Shown here piece by piece: positions 21,534 to 32,585 of a DNA stretch of 64,000 bases (its first letter is position 1; each line of letters starts with the position of its first letter). A program made the translations under genes and the position numbers. The notes below the pieces were generated by a model that saw only the letters and a program-made list of their open reading frames with translations, searched no databases and had not been told where the DNA came from. The stretch spans positions 372,001 to 436,000 of the forward strand of contig OW569362.1 of the NCBI GenBank assembly GCA_937625935.1, written 5' to 3'. The stretch is from Tetramitus jugosus (taxonomy: Eukaryota; Protista; Heterolobosea).

Positions 21534-21731
21534 TAGTCTGACTGAAATTCAGCGGAAACGGCCGCCTTACCCCATTCGTAATTGCCCGCAACGGCAATAT
21601 CGTTCCGAAGATTTCCTCCGCGTGTCTAAAACACGAACAACAAAAGAAACTTTCATCACGTTTTCGTTCAGATTACTTTTCCACACATTCACACATATTC
21701 GAGTTGTTCGTTGTTTTGATTGTGTACCACC

Positions 21732-23651
21732 ATGTCAAGTGCTCGATTGAACGATTTTGAAGAAAATGGCGGCCTAGATGATTCATTGAGTTATACCTCT
21801 CAAGATAATAGAAGGCTCCCCAAGTCCTATGCGAATCAAGGTTCCCTTTTGGCCAAAAGTGCAAAATACATTGTCATGGCAGCTGTGATCCTGCTCATTG
21901 CATTGGCTGTTGTCATCATGGTCATTTTCTTGGTGAGAATGCGTCCAAAGAGTGATGGAAAGATTCATTTCAAGGCAAAGTTGATGATTGGTGAGAATGG
22001 TGCTGTTGCAGCCGATATTCCTCATTGTTCCGTTGTTGGAAGAGACATTTTGCAAAAGGAGGGTGGAAATGCGGTGGATGCCGCAGTGGCTACTTGTCTG
22101 TGCATTGGAGTCATGGGTAGTTATAGTAGTGGTATTGGTGGAGGTGGAATTATGCTCATTTCCAAGCCAACAAACGATGGTAGAGATACTGAGGTGGAAA
22201 CGATTGATTTTAGAGAGATTGCTCCACTGGATGCTCACAGGGACATGTTCAATGGTATGCCAACTAATTATTCACAGTATGGTGGTAAAGCGATTGCTGT
22301 GCCTGGTGAGATCAAGGGACTTTATGCCGCATGGAACAAGTATGGTAGCTTGCCATGGGCTACTCTGGTGCAACCATCGATCAAGCTTTCACGTGAGGGA
22401 TACACTGTTTCAAGACTTGTGGCTCAAAAATTGAAAACGTACACTGATGTCATCTTGAATGAGGTATATGGACCTGGAATGAAAGAGGTGTATGCTCCAA
22501 AGGGAAAGATTTTGGTTGAGGGAGAAACACTAAAGAACGAAAAATTAGCAAACACGTTGCAAACCATTGCAGAAGGTGGAGAGAGCGCATTTTATGATGT
22601 TGAAAAGTCTCAACTTGCCAGAGATATCATATCTGATATTCAAAAGGCTGGTGGTATCGTCAATGGTACAGATATGAAGAATTATCACGTCAAGTTTGCT
22701 CCAGCACTCTCGACATACTATCACGGATACAAGGTCCACGGTGCTCAACCAGAAATCTCTGGAGGTGCATGTACCATGTTGATCTTGAACTTGATTGAAA
22801 GGTTTGGACTGAGTCAATATCCAGTTGAATCCTTCCAGGTTCAACACTTGATTGTTGAAGCCATGAAGTTTGCATTCGGACACAGAATGGAGCTCGGCGA
22901 TCCAGCGTTTACTCAACATTTGAATACTTCTAGGATTGTTGATGCCATGTTGAGCAAGGATTATGCTGCCTACTTGAGACAATATCTGAGCGTGACTCAG
23001 ACTAACACAACCTACCAACATTACTTACCCAGATTGGATGATGAAATCATTCCATTGAAAGCCAGTGTGGGTAATCATGGTACAGCGCACTTGTCTGTTG
23101 TTGACTCAAACAGAATGTCCGTTTCTCTGACATCTACTATTAACCTCTATTTTGGATCATTTGTTTTGGGAGAGAAGACTGGCATTCTTTTCAATGATCA
23201 AATGGACGACTTTAGTGTACCAGGTAGAACCAATTTCTTCAATTTACCTCCTTCAGAAGCAAACTTTATCGCACCTGGAAAGAGACCTCTGTCATCTATG
23301 GCACCAACAATTGTCACTCAAGATGGCAAGCTCAAGATGAGTGTCGGAGCTAGTGGTGGTCCTTTGATTACAACTTCCACCGTACAAACCTTGTTGCGAG
23401 TTCTTGATCAAAAGATGCCCGTCCATGAAGCAATTCAAATGCCTAGATTCCACCATCAATTGTTACCTCCTAGACTTGACTATGAAGGTGCAATGAATTC
23501 AGCACTCGTTGCACAAATGAAGAAGGCAGGACATGTATTGAATGAGAGAGATAATCTTGGCAACTGCCAAGCAATTGTCAGCATGGAAGGTGGCAAAGTT
23601 TTACATGCGTCATCTGACCCAAGAAAGGATGCCACTGCTTCTGTCTACTAG
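21732..23651 (+). CDS. GGT: Gamma-glutamyltranspeptidase (type II membrane)
   Basis: GGNAVDAAVA, SSGIGGGG, IDFREIAP, GTAHLSVVD (catalytic Thr), NDQMDDFS, PGKRPLSSMAP. Confidence 0.96.
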   Translation: MSSARLNDFEENGGLDDSLSYTSQDNRRLPKSYANQGSLLAKSAKYIVMAAVILLIALAVVIMVIFLVRMRPKSDGKIHFKAKLMIGENGAVAADIPHCSVVGRDILQKEGGNAVDAAVATCLCIGVMGSYSSGIGGGGIMLISKPTNDGRDTEVETIDFREIAPLDAHRDMFNGMPTNYSQYGGKAIAVPGEIKGLYAAWNKYGSLPWATLVQPSIKLSREGYTVSRLVAQKLKTYTDVILNEVYGPGMKEVYAPKGKILVEGETLKNEKLANTLQTIAEGGESAFYDVEKSQLARDIISDIQKAGGIVNGTDMKNYHVKFAPALSTYYHGYKVHGAQPEISGGACTMLILNLIERFGLSQYPVESFQVQHLIVEAMKFAFGHRMELGDPAFTQHLNTSRIVDAMLSKDYAAYLRQYLSVTQTNTTYQHYLPRLDDEIIPLKASVGNHGTAHLSVVDSNRMSVSLTSTINLYFGSFVLGEKTGILFNDQMDDFSVPGRTNFFNLPPSEANFIAPGKRPLSSMAPTIVTQDGKLKMSVGASGGPLITTSTVQTLLRVLDQKMPVHEAIQMPRFHHQLLPPRLDYEGAMNSALVAQMKKAGHVLNERDNLGNCQAIVSMEGGKVLHASSDPRKDATASVY

Positions 23652-23708
23652 GTCACGAATTCGGCTGATAAATAAATAATTGTGTTTATTGTACTTCGTA
23701 ACGGTGAT

Positions 23709-25517
23709 CTACTGCATGTAACGAAGAATGTTGAATACCGCTTCTTGATAGGCGGTATGGTTGTGGAATTTGTGTTGCACTTGCTGCACAACAGCTAACG
23801 GAATCAGACTTTTCACCTCGCTTTGCTTCTGAGCCTCAACTTGAGTCGAGTTAACATGCAACACAAAGTGCATAAAATTGAGACACGTAATGGCGAATTC
23901 CTCATTGCCATTGGTGTCTTGCATTGCTTCATCTTGTGCTGTGACAATTAGTGACAAAATATGGGTAATGCCCTTCATGATATTGGCAATCATCGGGATT
24001 GTCATCATCCTTGAGTCACTGCACACATTCATCAGGGCATATAGTGACTCTCTCTTGAGCTCGTACTGCTTCGGCACTTGAGTCTGAGAACATAGTTGCA
24101 ACAGAGGAGAAATAAATCCTGCTTGAACCAACATGTTAACACAGTGTTCGGAACCGGATGCCAAATTACTCAACACCCAAACAGTCTCTTTCTGAATAGA
24201 AGCTGGGTCGGTGCATGACAACTGCACCATCAGAGCCTGCATCAACAGATGCATATCAGGCGATGAAAATATCGAGTCAATGACTTGATCTGGACCACGT
24301 GCAATCGATCCCAATATTCTCAACAATGGAATGGTGATACCAACTCGTTGTTGTAGCACTTCCATGTTTTGATTCTTGCCCAACATATGAATGACAATCG
24401 GTAGGATATTCAATTGAAGTAATCTCGGAATATACACATAGTCAGGATAGGTTGTCACATAGCTCAACGCCCAAGCACTCTCCGTGGCAATATCAGCATT
24501 GTTCGACTGCAAACACTTCACTAACAACGGTGCAAAGTCATGTTCTGCTTGGAAGAAGACTGATGGATCGTACGGAACATTGACTACATTGTGTCTCGAT
24601 CTATCCACCTCACTCCGACTCATTACACCTCTCATGATATTCGACAAGCACCAAATCACGGTTCGAGTCAAATCAGGAATTCTCAATCCAAACAAATTGG
24701 CCAACGGTTTCAATATGCCCGCTCGAATTAAAAAGTGCGCGTACTCTGTAGAATCTCCAGCAATATTACCGAGTGCCCAGGCACATTGCTCCTGCACAAC
24801 ATGATCTGCGTTCTCCAGATAAGCAACCATGCGCATTACACAGGGAAGCACCTGTTTGGTGTGTTCATGTGTGCTACTTGCTATATTTGTAATGCACCAG
24901 GCAGCTTCCAATTGACTCTCATTATTCGCACAAAACAAGTGCTTCTGTATCAAGGTTAAGAAATTGGGAATGGCAAGGCATTTAGCTACAATTACATTCT
25001 CTTCACTTGGAGCTAATGTTGACAATGTAGAAGAACCTGCAGTATCGTCCAATGTTTGCTGGTCTTGCGCTTCTTCTTCACCTTGTAATTGTTGTGCAGT
25101 GGAGTCTTGTAGCTGTTGTTCATCGCTCTGCAACGACAAATCAACAAAACTAGTGTCAACCATGCTCAGAATTGTTCGAAGTAGTTTGAGTGCCTTGATA
25201 CGGACCGAGTGCTTCTCATGATCCAACTCATTCACCAAACTCTGAAGATACTGAGATCCCTCGTCACTCAACACAATTTGTCTCAATTGTTCATTGTCCG
25301 AGTTGGTAGTGGAGCTCGAGGCAAGATTATCTGGTCCGACAGCACTCGGTGGTAATTTTCTTCTCTTGGCAAGTAACTTTGCTTTTTGTTGTCGGTTCGT
25401 GAGCCGTTGTTTCTCAAGTCTCTTCTGCTTGGAAGATTGAGAGGATAGGTGACTCGACTCCTTGAGACCGGCTCTGTGCGGTTGCTGCTGTTGTTGTTGA
25501 TATGGAGGGAGACTCAT
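23709..25517 (-). CDS. Importin-alpha-like ARM-repeat protein
   Basis: IBB-like basic N-terminus (RQQKAKLLAKRRK); QLEAAWCITNIAS, EQCAWALGNIAGDS, ESAWALSY, ETVWVLSNLA. Confidence 0.88.
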   Translation of the reverse strand: MSLPPYQQQQQQPHRAGLKESSHLSSQSSKQKRLEKQRLTNRQQKAKLLAKRRKLPPSAVGPDNLASSSTTNSDNEQLRQIVLSDEGSQYLQSLVNELDHEKHSVRIKALKLLRTILSMVDTSFVDLSLQSDEQQLQDSTAQQLQGEEEAQDQQTLDDTAGSSTLSTLAPSEENVIVAKCLAIPNFLTLIQKHLFCANNESQLEAAWCITNIASSTHEHTKQVLPCVMRMVAYLENADHVVQEQCAWALGNIAGDSTEYAHFLIRAGILKPLANLFGLRIPDLTRTVIWCLSNIMRGVMSRSEVDRSRHNVVNVPYDPSVFFQAEHDFAPLLVKCLQSNNADIATESAWALSYVTTYPDYVYIPRLLQLNILPIVIHMLGKNQNMEVLQQRVGITIPLLRILGSIARGPDQVIDSIFSSPDMHLLMQALMVQLSCTDPASIQKETVWVLSNLASGSEHCVNMLVQAGFISPLLQLCSQTQVPKQYELKRESLYALMNVCSDSRMMTIPMIANIMKGITHILSLIVTAQDEAMQDTNGNEEFAITCLNFMHFVLHVNSTQVEAQKQSEVKSLIPLAVVQQVQHKFHNHTAYQEAVFNILRYMQ

Positions 25518-25913
25518 ATCACGATCTTGGGTCGACTTTTGTTAGTTTTTGCAAGCCTCTTGACTCAAGCCACAACCAAAAGAAGAATTAAAAAAGGAAA
25601 AGTTGTTTTTTTTTGGCGGGCTAACGTTAAGTTTTTTGGAGTGATTTGTGCGACAATGTATTCACATTGATTTTCTCAATTCAGCAGCAAGAGCTAACAT
25701 CATGCCCAATCTGTTCCTTGATAATACAGTAGAACAGTATCTTTAAAGTAAGGTGAGCATTTTCAATTTTGGAACAAACTGCGATGTTATCCAACTTCAG
25801 AACTTGAAGAACAACAAGGGAACATTCCCTCTTTTAAAAAAATTCGGGAGCACATCATCCGATTGTTGTTGACAGTCCCCACAGACACAGAAAACACAAG
25901 CAAACAAAGGATC

Positions 25914-27326
25914 ATGACTTGTGAAGAAACAGAACCTCAACCAACCAAAATGATGATGATTGTTTCAACAACAACATCTGATGACGATAACACCACTTCT
26001 GATCTTGCTCTTCAGAGTAGTGGAACAATAACTATTGTTTGTGACAACAACAATGACCACCACTCGACATCATCACCACAGAATCAAGTAGTGGTCGTTG
26101 CTGATGAGAGCAGTACTGCTACTACTATGATGACGATGATACCTGAACCACCTCAGAATCCATATCAATTGTTTGAGCATGTGCGATCCAATGACATTGA
26201 ACGAGTGAAGAACTTTATTCGAAACACCAAGGGCTATCAATTGTTTAGGCAAGATGATGCCAATTCATTTACGGCACTGCACTTGGCAGCTCATCTGGGT
26301 CGCACTGAAATTTGTAGATTGTTGATAGAGGAGGCTCACATGGATCTGACAGCATACTCTGAGAGGATCAGAGACGGATTCATGCCTGTTCATTTGGCTG
26401 CTGATGAAGGTCACTTGGAAACCATGGACTATTTGCTGAGTGTAGGAATCGAAAGAAACCTGTATGATGTCAATGTTCGAATGAACAATCCATTTAGTAG
26501 TTATGCGTGTATTCATTTGGCTGCATTCAATGGAGATTTGAAGCTGTTGAGGCATTTGATTGAGTATCACCATGCGGATCATGAACTGCCCTTGTTGGGA
26601 CAACCGTGGACAATTCTCATGTTGGCAGCCAATGCAGGTCACTATGAAATTGCGCAATACTTGGTTCAGGAAGTGAAAATGAATGTGAATCAAGTGTTGC
26701 GCTACGATTCGGATGACACGGATGAAGATGGTGGTGACGCAGTCGTCATCAAGGAGTTTACAACGATTCATTTGGCCATGCGTCAGGCTCATTATCGCAT
26801 CATCGAACTGCTCTTGGATCACGGTGCTAGTTTCCATCGACCATTGCCCAATGGGGACGCATTGATTCATGTGGCAGCCTACCAAGGACTCAATCTTATT
26901 ATTCAACAGTTGATCAACAAGGGTGAGAATGTGAATCGCATCAGTAATTCAGAGTACGCCTATACGCCATTGCATTGGGCTGCAGCGTACAATAAGATGG
27001 ACTGTGTGCGGTACTTGTTGCACTATGGTGCTGATGCGAGTATCAAGTGCTCTTCTGTCGGTGGAAGTCGTACACCAGCCGAAGTGGCCAGCGTTCAGGG
27101 TCATGAGGAAATTGTAAAGTTTATTGACTGGTTTGTCACTGGTCGTGAGAATGCTCAAAAGGAACGAGCACGGAGAGCACTGAATTGTGCACTTCGCTCT
27201 CAATTCACAGACTGTATCATTGGTTTTTCAACAGAAGACGAAGAAGAAGAAGAAGCAGAAGCCATCGTTGAAGAAGAAACAAACGAAACTATTGAAAGTA
27301 AAGAGGTAACAAGAGAGTCGTCGTAA
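25914..27326 (+). CDS. Ankyrin-repeat protein
   Basis: Seven to eight TALHLAA/TPLHWAA..G...V..LL repeats; low-complexity ends. Confidence 0.9.
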   Translation: MTCEETEPQPTKMMMIVSTTTSDDDNTTSDLALQSSGTITIVCDNNNDHHSTSSPQNQVVVVADESSTATTMMTMIPEPPQNPYQLFEHVRSNDIERVKNFIRNTKGYQLFRQDDANSFTALHLAAHLGRTEICRLLIEEAHMDLTAYSERIRDGFMPVHLAADEGHLETMDYLLSVGIERNLYDVNVRMNNPFSSYACIHLAAFNGDLKLLRHLIEYHHADHELPLLGQPWTILMLAANAGHYEIAQYLVQEVKMNVNQVLRYDSDDTDEDGGDAVVIKEFTTIHLAMRQAHYRIIELLLDHGASFHRPLPNGDALIHVAAYQGLNLIIQQLINKGENVNRISNSEYAYTPLHWAAAYNKMDCVRYLLHYGADASIKCSSVGGSRTPAEVASVQGHEEIVKFIDWFVTGRENAQKERARRALNCALRSQFTDCIIGFSTEDEEEEEAEAIVEEETNETIESKEVTRESS

Positions 27327-27409
27327 AAATCAAAAGCGTTCGTGGTTTTGTGTGAACTCCAACAAAAAACTTTTCTTCGCGAATCAACCTGAACAAACGA
27401 ACGCACCAA

Positions 27410-29104
27410 ATGAGCTTATTCAGTCGCTTCACAAAATCAAAGTCACCTTCACAACCTTCTCCACCATCACAGCCATCACAGCAACCACAACAACAACAAC
27501 CCATCGACCCCAACAATGAATACTCTGTTCTGTATCACACGTTTTCACTTTGTCCCATTTGCTCATTTGTCAAACAACAAGGATTTCAAAAGGAACAATG
27601 GAAACCATCTCAAGTAGTGACTCACAGGGGTCAAGTCTATCAGAGAATCGAATGCACCGATCACGGCATTCAAACCATTCTTCTCTGTTCAAATGCCGCC
27701 TTTTTTGATCGTTGCATGACATTTACTCCGGCTGTGCTGGAACAAAAAAAGAAAAAGTCATCTACGAGTAGTAGTGGCAGTAGTAGTAGTAGTGGTGGTG
27801 CACCATTGTTGGATATTGAAGATTTGGAGCAGCGATTGACTCATAATCCTGAAATATCAGGCATTGTAAATACTCCGTTTATGGTTGATTGTAATTTGTA
27901 TGTGAATGGTGGTAGTTCAACAGACAACAATAGCAACAATGGTTATTTTGTGCCGGATGATGTGCTAAAGCAGCAATTGAGTGACATTTGTACCTTTTTC
28001 CCAAAAGACAAGAATTTTGTGTTGAAATTGAACGCGCAATTGGTTCCAATGAAACAAATGCACATTTTGAATGAGAGAGTGAGTCAAGTGTTGAATATGA
28101 GTGATGACCGGATATCGCAACAACCAATTGTGCTAGAGTGTACGTTTGATCGTTTGTCTCGATTGTCCAAATTGGAGGACACTGTTCTGTTGAATAGTCG
28201 CATTTATCCATCGGTTCAGCTCTATGTGGAGAAGGGAAGAGAGAGTCACAATACAGATGAGTTGCGATATGCGTACGAAAACTTGAAAACGATTCAAAAC
28301 TTGCAAGTGATTGTTCGATTGGTTGTTTCAAAGCCATTACCTGACTTGAAGCTATTATTGGAGCTATTGCGGTTCGAAATGATTGGATTTACGCGATTTG
28401 TTATTATCGAGATGGAACGGACACCGAGTCAACTCATGAAGCATTTCAAAGCACCGGATCCGAGTATTGAGAATCGGTTCGAGCATGTTCATTTGCAATC
28501 TGATTTTTCATATTCTGTGGATCCTCTTGAGCTGTTGCATAATATTCAACAAGCGACAGACGGTCAAGTGGCCATTTCTGATTTCTATCCTGCGAGTACG
28601 GGTATGATATTGGAACCGTTCTTACGAATGCTTGGCAAGGGTAATTATAACATTCGTCCGTCGCCCTTCTGTGGATTTGCTGCCATGTTGATCAATACGG
28701 AAGAACAATTTAAGTCAGTGCCTATAAGTCGTATATTTAATATTGAAAACCTGTATCGGCAAATGGTTCCACTGGTGAAGAAGTTGGAGAAGGGAGATGG
28801 AACATTAAACTTGTTTACGGGTCATGCTCTAAAGAAAGCAATCAATCAGTCCATCATACCGAAGAAGTATCGGATGGACAATTTTGAAATTCCATCGGAT
28901 TTTGTATCTTTCCTAATATCGGAAGACAAGCAATCAGAAACCACAGAACTCATGGACAAGTTGCAATTTATTATTATTCATAACAAAATGGATGTTTGCA
29001 GTATTGATATGACAAAGCGATCGAGATGTACATTGTGTTCTCATGTCAATCAGACAGGCAGTGAAAATGGTAAGCTTGTTGCACAATGTACGAGAATATT
29101 ATAA
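27410..29104 (+). CDS. Degenerate radical-SAM protein of the Tes/GDGT-MAS (MJ0619) family, lacking CxxxCxxC
   Basis: TFSLCPIC...VYQRIECTDHG N-terminus; IQQATDGQVAISDFYP; PFCG; VPISRIFNIE; KMD...DMTKRSRC; only DCNL remains at the SAM-cluster position. Confidence 0.7.
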   Translation: MSLFSRFTKSKSPSQPSPPSQPSQQPQQQQPIDPNNEYSVLYHTFSLCPICSFVKQQGFQKEQWKPSQVVTHRGQVYQRIECTDHGIQTILLCSNAAFFDRCMTFTPAVLEQKKKKSSTSSSGSSSSSGGAPLLDIEDLEQRLTHNPEISGIVNTPFMVDCNLYVNGGSSTDNNSNNGYFVPDDVLKQQLSDICTFFPKDKNFVLKLNAQLVPMKQMHILNERVSQVLNMSDDRISQQPIVLECTFDRLSRLSKLEDTVLLNSRIYPSVQLYVEKGRESHNTDELRYAYENLKTIQNLQVIVRLVVSKPLPDLKLLLELLRFEMIGFTRFVIIEMERTPSQLMKHFKAPDPSIENRFEHVHLQSDFSYSVDPLELLHNIQQATDGQVAISDFYPASTGMILEPFLRMLGKGNYNIRPSPFCGFAAMLINTEEQFKSVPISRIFNIENLYRQMVPLVKKLEKGDGTLNLFTGHALKKAINQSIIPKKYRMDNFEIPSDFVSFLISEDKQSETTELMDKLQFIIIHNKMDVCSIDMTKRSRCTLCSHVNQTGSENGKLVAQCTRIL

Positions 29105-29155
29105 GCAAAAAACAAACAAGCAGGCAAGCAATCATCATTTGGTTCAAAATTCATT

Positions 29156-29638
29156 TCACAGGCTTACGCTGTACACGCTGGTTATACAGTAAAGGTTCTT
29201 CCCTTCAAACTTATGGATGTAGCTTCCGTCGCATGATTCCCAATAGCAAGAGCTAGCAGTGTGGAAACCAGCACCGTTATTTTGCATAATCACACATGTC
29301 ACTAGAAAGAGAAAGCTCGAAATGTTAAACAATGATTCACTTAGAGATTTTGAAGTGAATGACTGAATGCCACATACCTATGTACTTGAATGGTTTCTCC
29401 ATACTCATCAACTTCTTCATGCAAGTTTCTATTATCGTGGACACCCATTGAGAAACTTTGGTGTGTTGGTAAACTGTTTCAAAATTGATGACACCTTCTA
29501 CAGCCTGTTGAGAGCGTTAGATTGAATCAACATGATAACGATACATTTACTCATTGAGAATGAACTTACATCTTTGACAGCTATTGCGACCTTTTCCCGT
29601 TCAAAAGCAGCATCTTTGTCCACCTGGTTCGTGTTCAT
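29156..29638 (-). CDS. DYNLT: Dynein light chain Tctex-1 (absent from the ORF track); exons 29638-29570, 29504-29378, 29301-29156
   Basis: Splicing at GTAAGT..CAG and GTATGT..TAG gives ...YQHTKVSQWVSTIIETCMKKL...[33 protein letters not shown]...KNLYCITSVY. Confidence 0.93.
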
Positions 29639-29820
29639 TATGCGTGCACTCAAAGAAGAATTGATTGCTCACACAAAGACTGTAGATCTGATTCCCCGAA
29701 TTTCCGAACACTGTTCCGACTCAGGAAGATGAGCCAAAAATACCCCAACGATTTGCGCTCAGAAAAATGATCAAGACCCAACATTAACGAAAAAGCAAAA
29801 CACAACACAGCACAAACACA

Positions 29821-30963
29821 ATGAAGATTGAAGAAGAAGGTAGTACAAGCAATGCACCAACAACGACCACACAACCACAACAAGAAACATCCATTCTTGA
29901 TCAAGTGCGCCAATCCTGCCAACAAGTCGCCCAAGCATCCAAGCTCGTTCACATCAATCAAGACCAATTGCAATCGTTTGTGACCAAGCACACTCCACTA
30001 TTGAAAACATTTGTGGCTGAAAAATTGACATCCTCCTCCAGTTATCCCATCTCTTTCGACAGTGACGTCCATGAGGCTTCATTCCACGTCATGTACTCTG
30101 CACTGCAATTTGGTAGTGGTTATAGACACTTGTTGCACAAGTATTGTGACAGGGGAGCTGCTGAAACTATGGTGTATGGTTTGTTGAGTATGGTACTGAG
30201 TTCGTCCAATGGTAATTGTTTCGATGCAATGACCATGAGTGGAATGACCGTGTTTGATGTACAAAATTATTTCCAGATACCGTTGACGGTGGATGTACCA
30301 TTGGCACCAGACTCACCCATCAAGACAGAAAAGGACTCGGAGTTGAAACCGTTGGCTGAGCATGTTCGATTTGTGTTTAATGAGTGTGGAAGAGTGTTGA
30401 GAGGTTTGCAGTGTGAACAGGGATTTGGTCAATTTGTGGAGAAGACACTGGATGAGTGCAACACACCAGAGTATCTTGTACAACAATTGATCAAGTACTT
30501 CCCAGGTGTGTTCAATGACAAGGGTCAATCACAGAGTGGCACGACTGCTTATTTGATGAAGAAGGTTCAGTTGGTGATTGGTGAGTTGTACAAGCATTTT
30601 TCGAGAAGAGACACTGTGGGATCAAACTTGTCTCGGTTGTTGGCTCAATGGACACGTGATGATATTTCGAGATTGACAGTGTTTGTGGACAATGTGTTGC
30701 CTGCTGTACTCGTCAAGGATGGTGTTCTAGAGTTGGATGAGAAGCTGGAGCATAAGATACGGAACAGAGTGAACATTGCTGCGGCAAGTCCAATGGAAGT
30801 AGAGTTGCGTGCTGTTGCGCTACATGCTTGTGAACTAATGGTGAAAGAATCAAATAATGAATTCAATGCCTATGAACTAGACTACTATCTGTGGAGCCTA
30901 GGCAAGGAAGAAGGATATCGAACATTTGATAGACATGCCACAGTTGGTACTGTCTTCTATTGA
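29821..30963 (+). CDS. Queuosine-salvage protein family (DUF2419/QNG1-like)
   Basis: FGSGYR, KKVQL, LTVFVDNVLPAVL, EVELRA, LDYYLW, RH...TVFY. Confidence 0.8.
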   Translation: MKIEEEGSTSNAPTTTTQPQQETSILDQVRQSCQQVAQASKLVHINQDQLQSFVTKHTPLLKTFVAEKLTSSSSYPISFDSDVHEASFHVMYSALQFGSGYRHLLHKYCDRGAAETMVYGLLSMVLSSSNGNCFDAMTMSGMTVFDVQNYFQIPLTVDVPLAPDSPIKTEKDSELKPLAEHVRFVFNECGRVLRGLQCEQGFGQFVEKTLDECNTPEYLVQQLIKYFPGVFNDKGQSQSGTTAYLMKKVQLVIGELYKHFSRRDTVGSNLSRLLAQWTRDDISRLTVFVDNVLPAVLVKDGVLELDEKLEHKIRNRVNIAAASPMEVELRAVALHACELMVKESNNEFNAYELDYYLWSLGKEEGYRTFDRHATVGTVFY

Positions 30964-31328
30964 ACACAATAAACAAATCAAAACTGATTGACAAATATGC
31001 GGCTATTAGATATTGTGAACTTTACTTCGAAGACATCTTTATTACTACTGGTTCAACACAGTGATCTCTTCTTCCTCACCAAATCTCTTCAAGATCGCTG
31101 CTGATCCGGATGATTCACTGTAACCATGCAATTTCAATTCCCCGAAGCTGACTCGCTTTTTCATTGTAAACTCTTCAAGTCAACTAGTTACAACCGACGA
31201 TCGGCCACGCTGGCTGGACTACGAATTCGTATTTAAAAAAATCTTGCTCTGTTCACCTCTCACTCGAAATCTTTCACAAAACAACTACATTACTCTGTAC
31301 AAACAAACAAACAACACAAATAGTAAAC

Positions 31329-32459
31329 ATGGCTGACGAAGATATTACTCCATTAGTTATCGATAACGGTTCTGGTATGTGTAAGGCTGGTTTCGCTGGT
31401 GATGATGCACCAAGAGCTGTCTTCCCATCCATTGTCGGTAGACCAAAGCACAAGAACGTCATGGTCGGTATGGACGGAAAGAATGAATATGTTGGTGATG
31501 AAGCTCAAGCCAAGAGAGGTATCCTCCAATTGAAGTACCCAATTGAGCACGGTACCGTCACTAACTGGGACGACATGGAAAAGATCTGGCATCACACCTT
31601 CTACAATGAGTTGAGAGTTGCTCCAGAAGAACATCCTGTCTTGTTGACTGAAGCTCCAATGAACCCAAAGGCCAACAGAGAGAAGATGATCCAAATCATG
31701 TTTGAGACCTTCAACATCCCTGCCACCTACGTTGCCATTCAAGCTGTCTTGTCCTTGTATGCTTCTGGTAGAACTACTGGTATCGTCTTGGATTCTGGTG
31801 ATGGTGTTACCCACACTGTTCCTATCTATGAAGGTTATGCTTTGCCTCATGCCATCATGAGAATGAACTTGGCTGGTCGTGACTTGACTGACTACATGAT
31901 GAAGATTGTTTCTGAGACTGGTCACTCTTTCACCACAACTGCTGAAAGAGAAATTGTCAGAGACATCAAGGAAAAGCACTGCTACGTTGCTTTGGACTTT
32001 GATGATGAAACCAAGAAGGCTCAAACCTCCTCTGCTTGCGACATTGACTACGAATTGCCTGACGGAAACGTTGTCACCATCAACTCTCAAAGATTCAGAT
32101 GCCCTGAAGCTCTCTTCCAACCATCTCTCCTCGGTAAGGAATTGTCTGGTATTCACCAAACTACTTTTGACTCCATCATGAAGTGTGATGTCGATATCAG
32201 AAAGGACTTGTACGCTAATGTTGTCATGTCTGGTGGTACAACCATGTTCAAGGACATTGATGCTAGATTGCAAGCTGAGTTGGAGGCTTTGGCTCCAGCT
32301 GCCATGAAGATCAAGGTCGTTGCTCCACCTGAGAGAAAGTACTCTGTCTGGATTGGTGGTTCCATCTTGTCTTCCTTGTCCACATTCCAAAACATGTGGA
32401 TCTACAAGGCTGAGTATGATGAATCTGGCCCAGGTATCGTCCACAGAAAGTGCTTCTAA
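31329..32459 (+). CDS. ACT: Actin
   Basis: [28 protein letters not shown]...HRKCF; strong high-expression codon bias. Confidence 0.99.
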   Translation: MADEDITPLVIDNGSGMCKAGFAGDDAPRAVFPSIVGRPKHKNVMVGMDGKNEYVGDEAQAKRGILQLKYPIEHGTVTNWDDMEKIWHHTFYNELRVAPEEHPVLLTEAPMNPKANREKMIQIMFETFNIPATYVAIQAVLSLYASGRTTGIVLDSGDGVTHTVPIYEGYALPHAIMRMNLAGRDLTDYMMKIVSETGHSFTTTAEREIVRDIKEKHCYVALDFDDETKKAQTSSACDIDYELPDGNVVTINSQRFRCPEALFQPSLLGKELSGIHQTTFDSIMKCDVDIRKDLYANVVMSGGTTMFKDIDARLQAELEALAPAAMKIKVVAPPERKYSVWIGGSILSSLSTFQNMWIYKAEYDESGPGIVHRKCF

Positions 32460-32585
32460 ATTCATTGCGAAGCAAACTGTAAACAATATCATAAACACTT
32501 GTATTAATTTAGTATCATACCTATTCATTTATTCTTCTCCTAAACAAAGCTCCGTAGATTGAGAAATGAAAAGTATATATAATGC

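Noticed and set aside
31353-32528. 391-aa antisense ORF over actin
   Set aside because: Expected by-product of strong codon bias in a highly expressed gene; no protein-like features.
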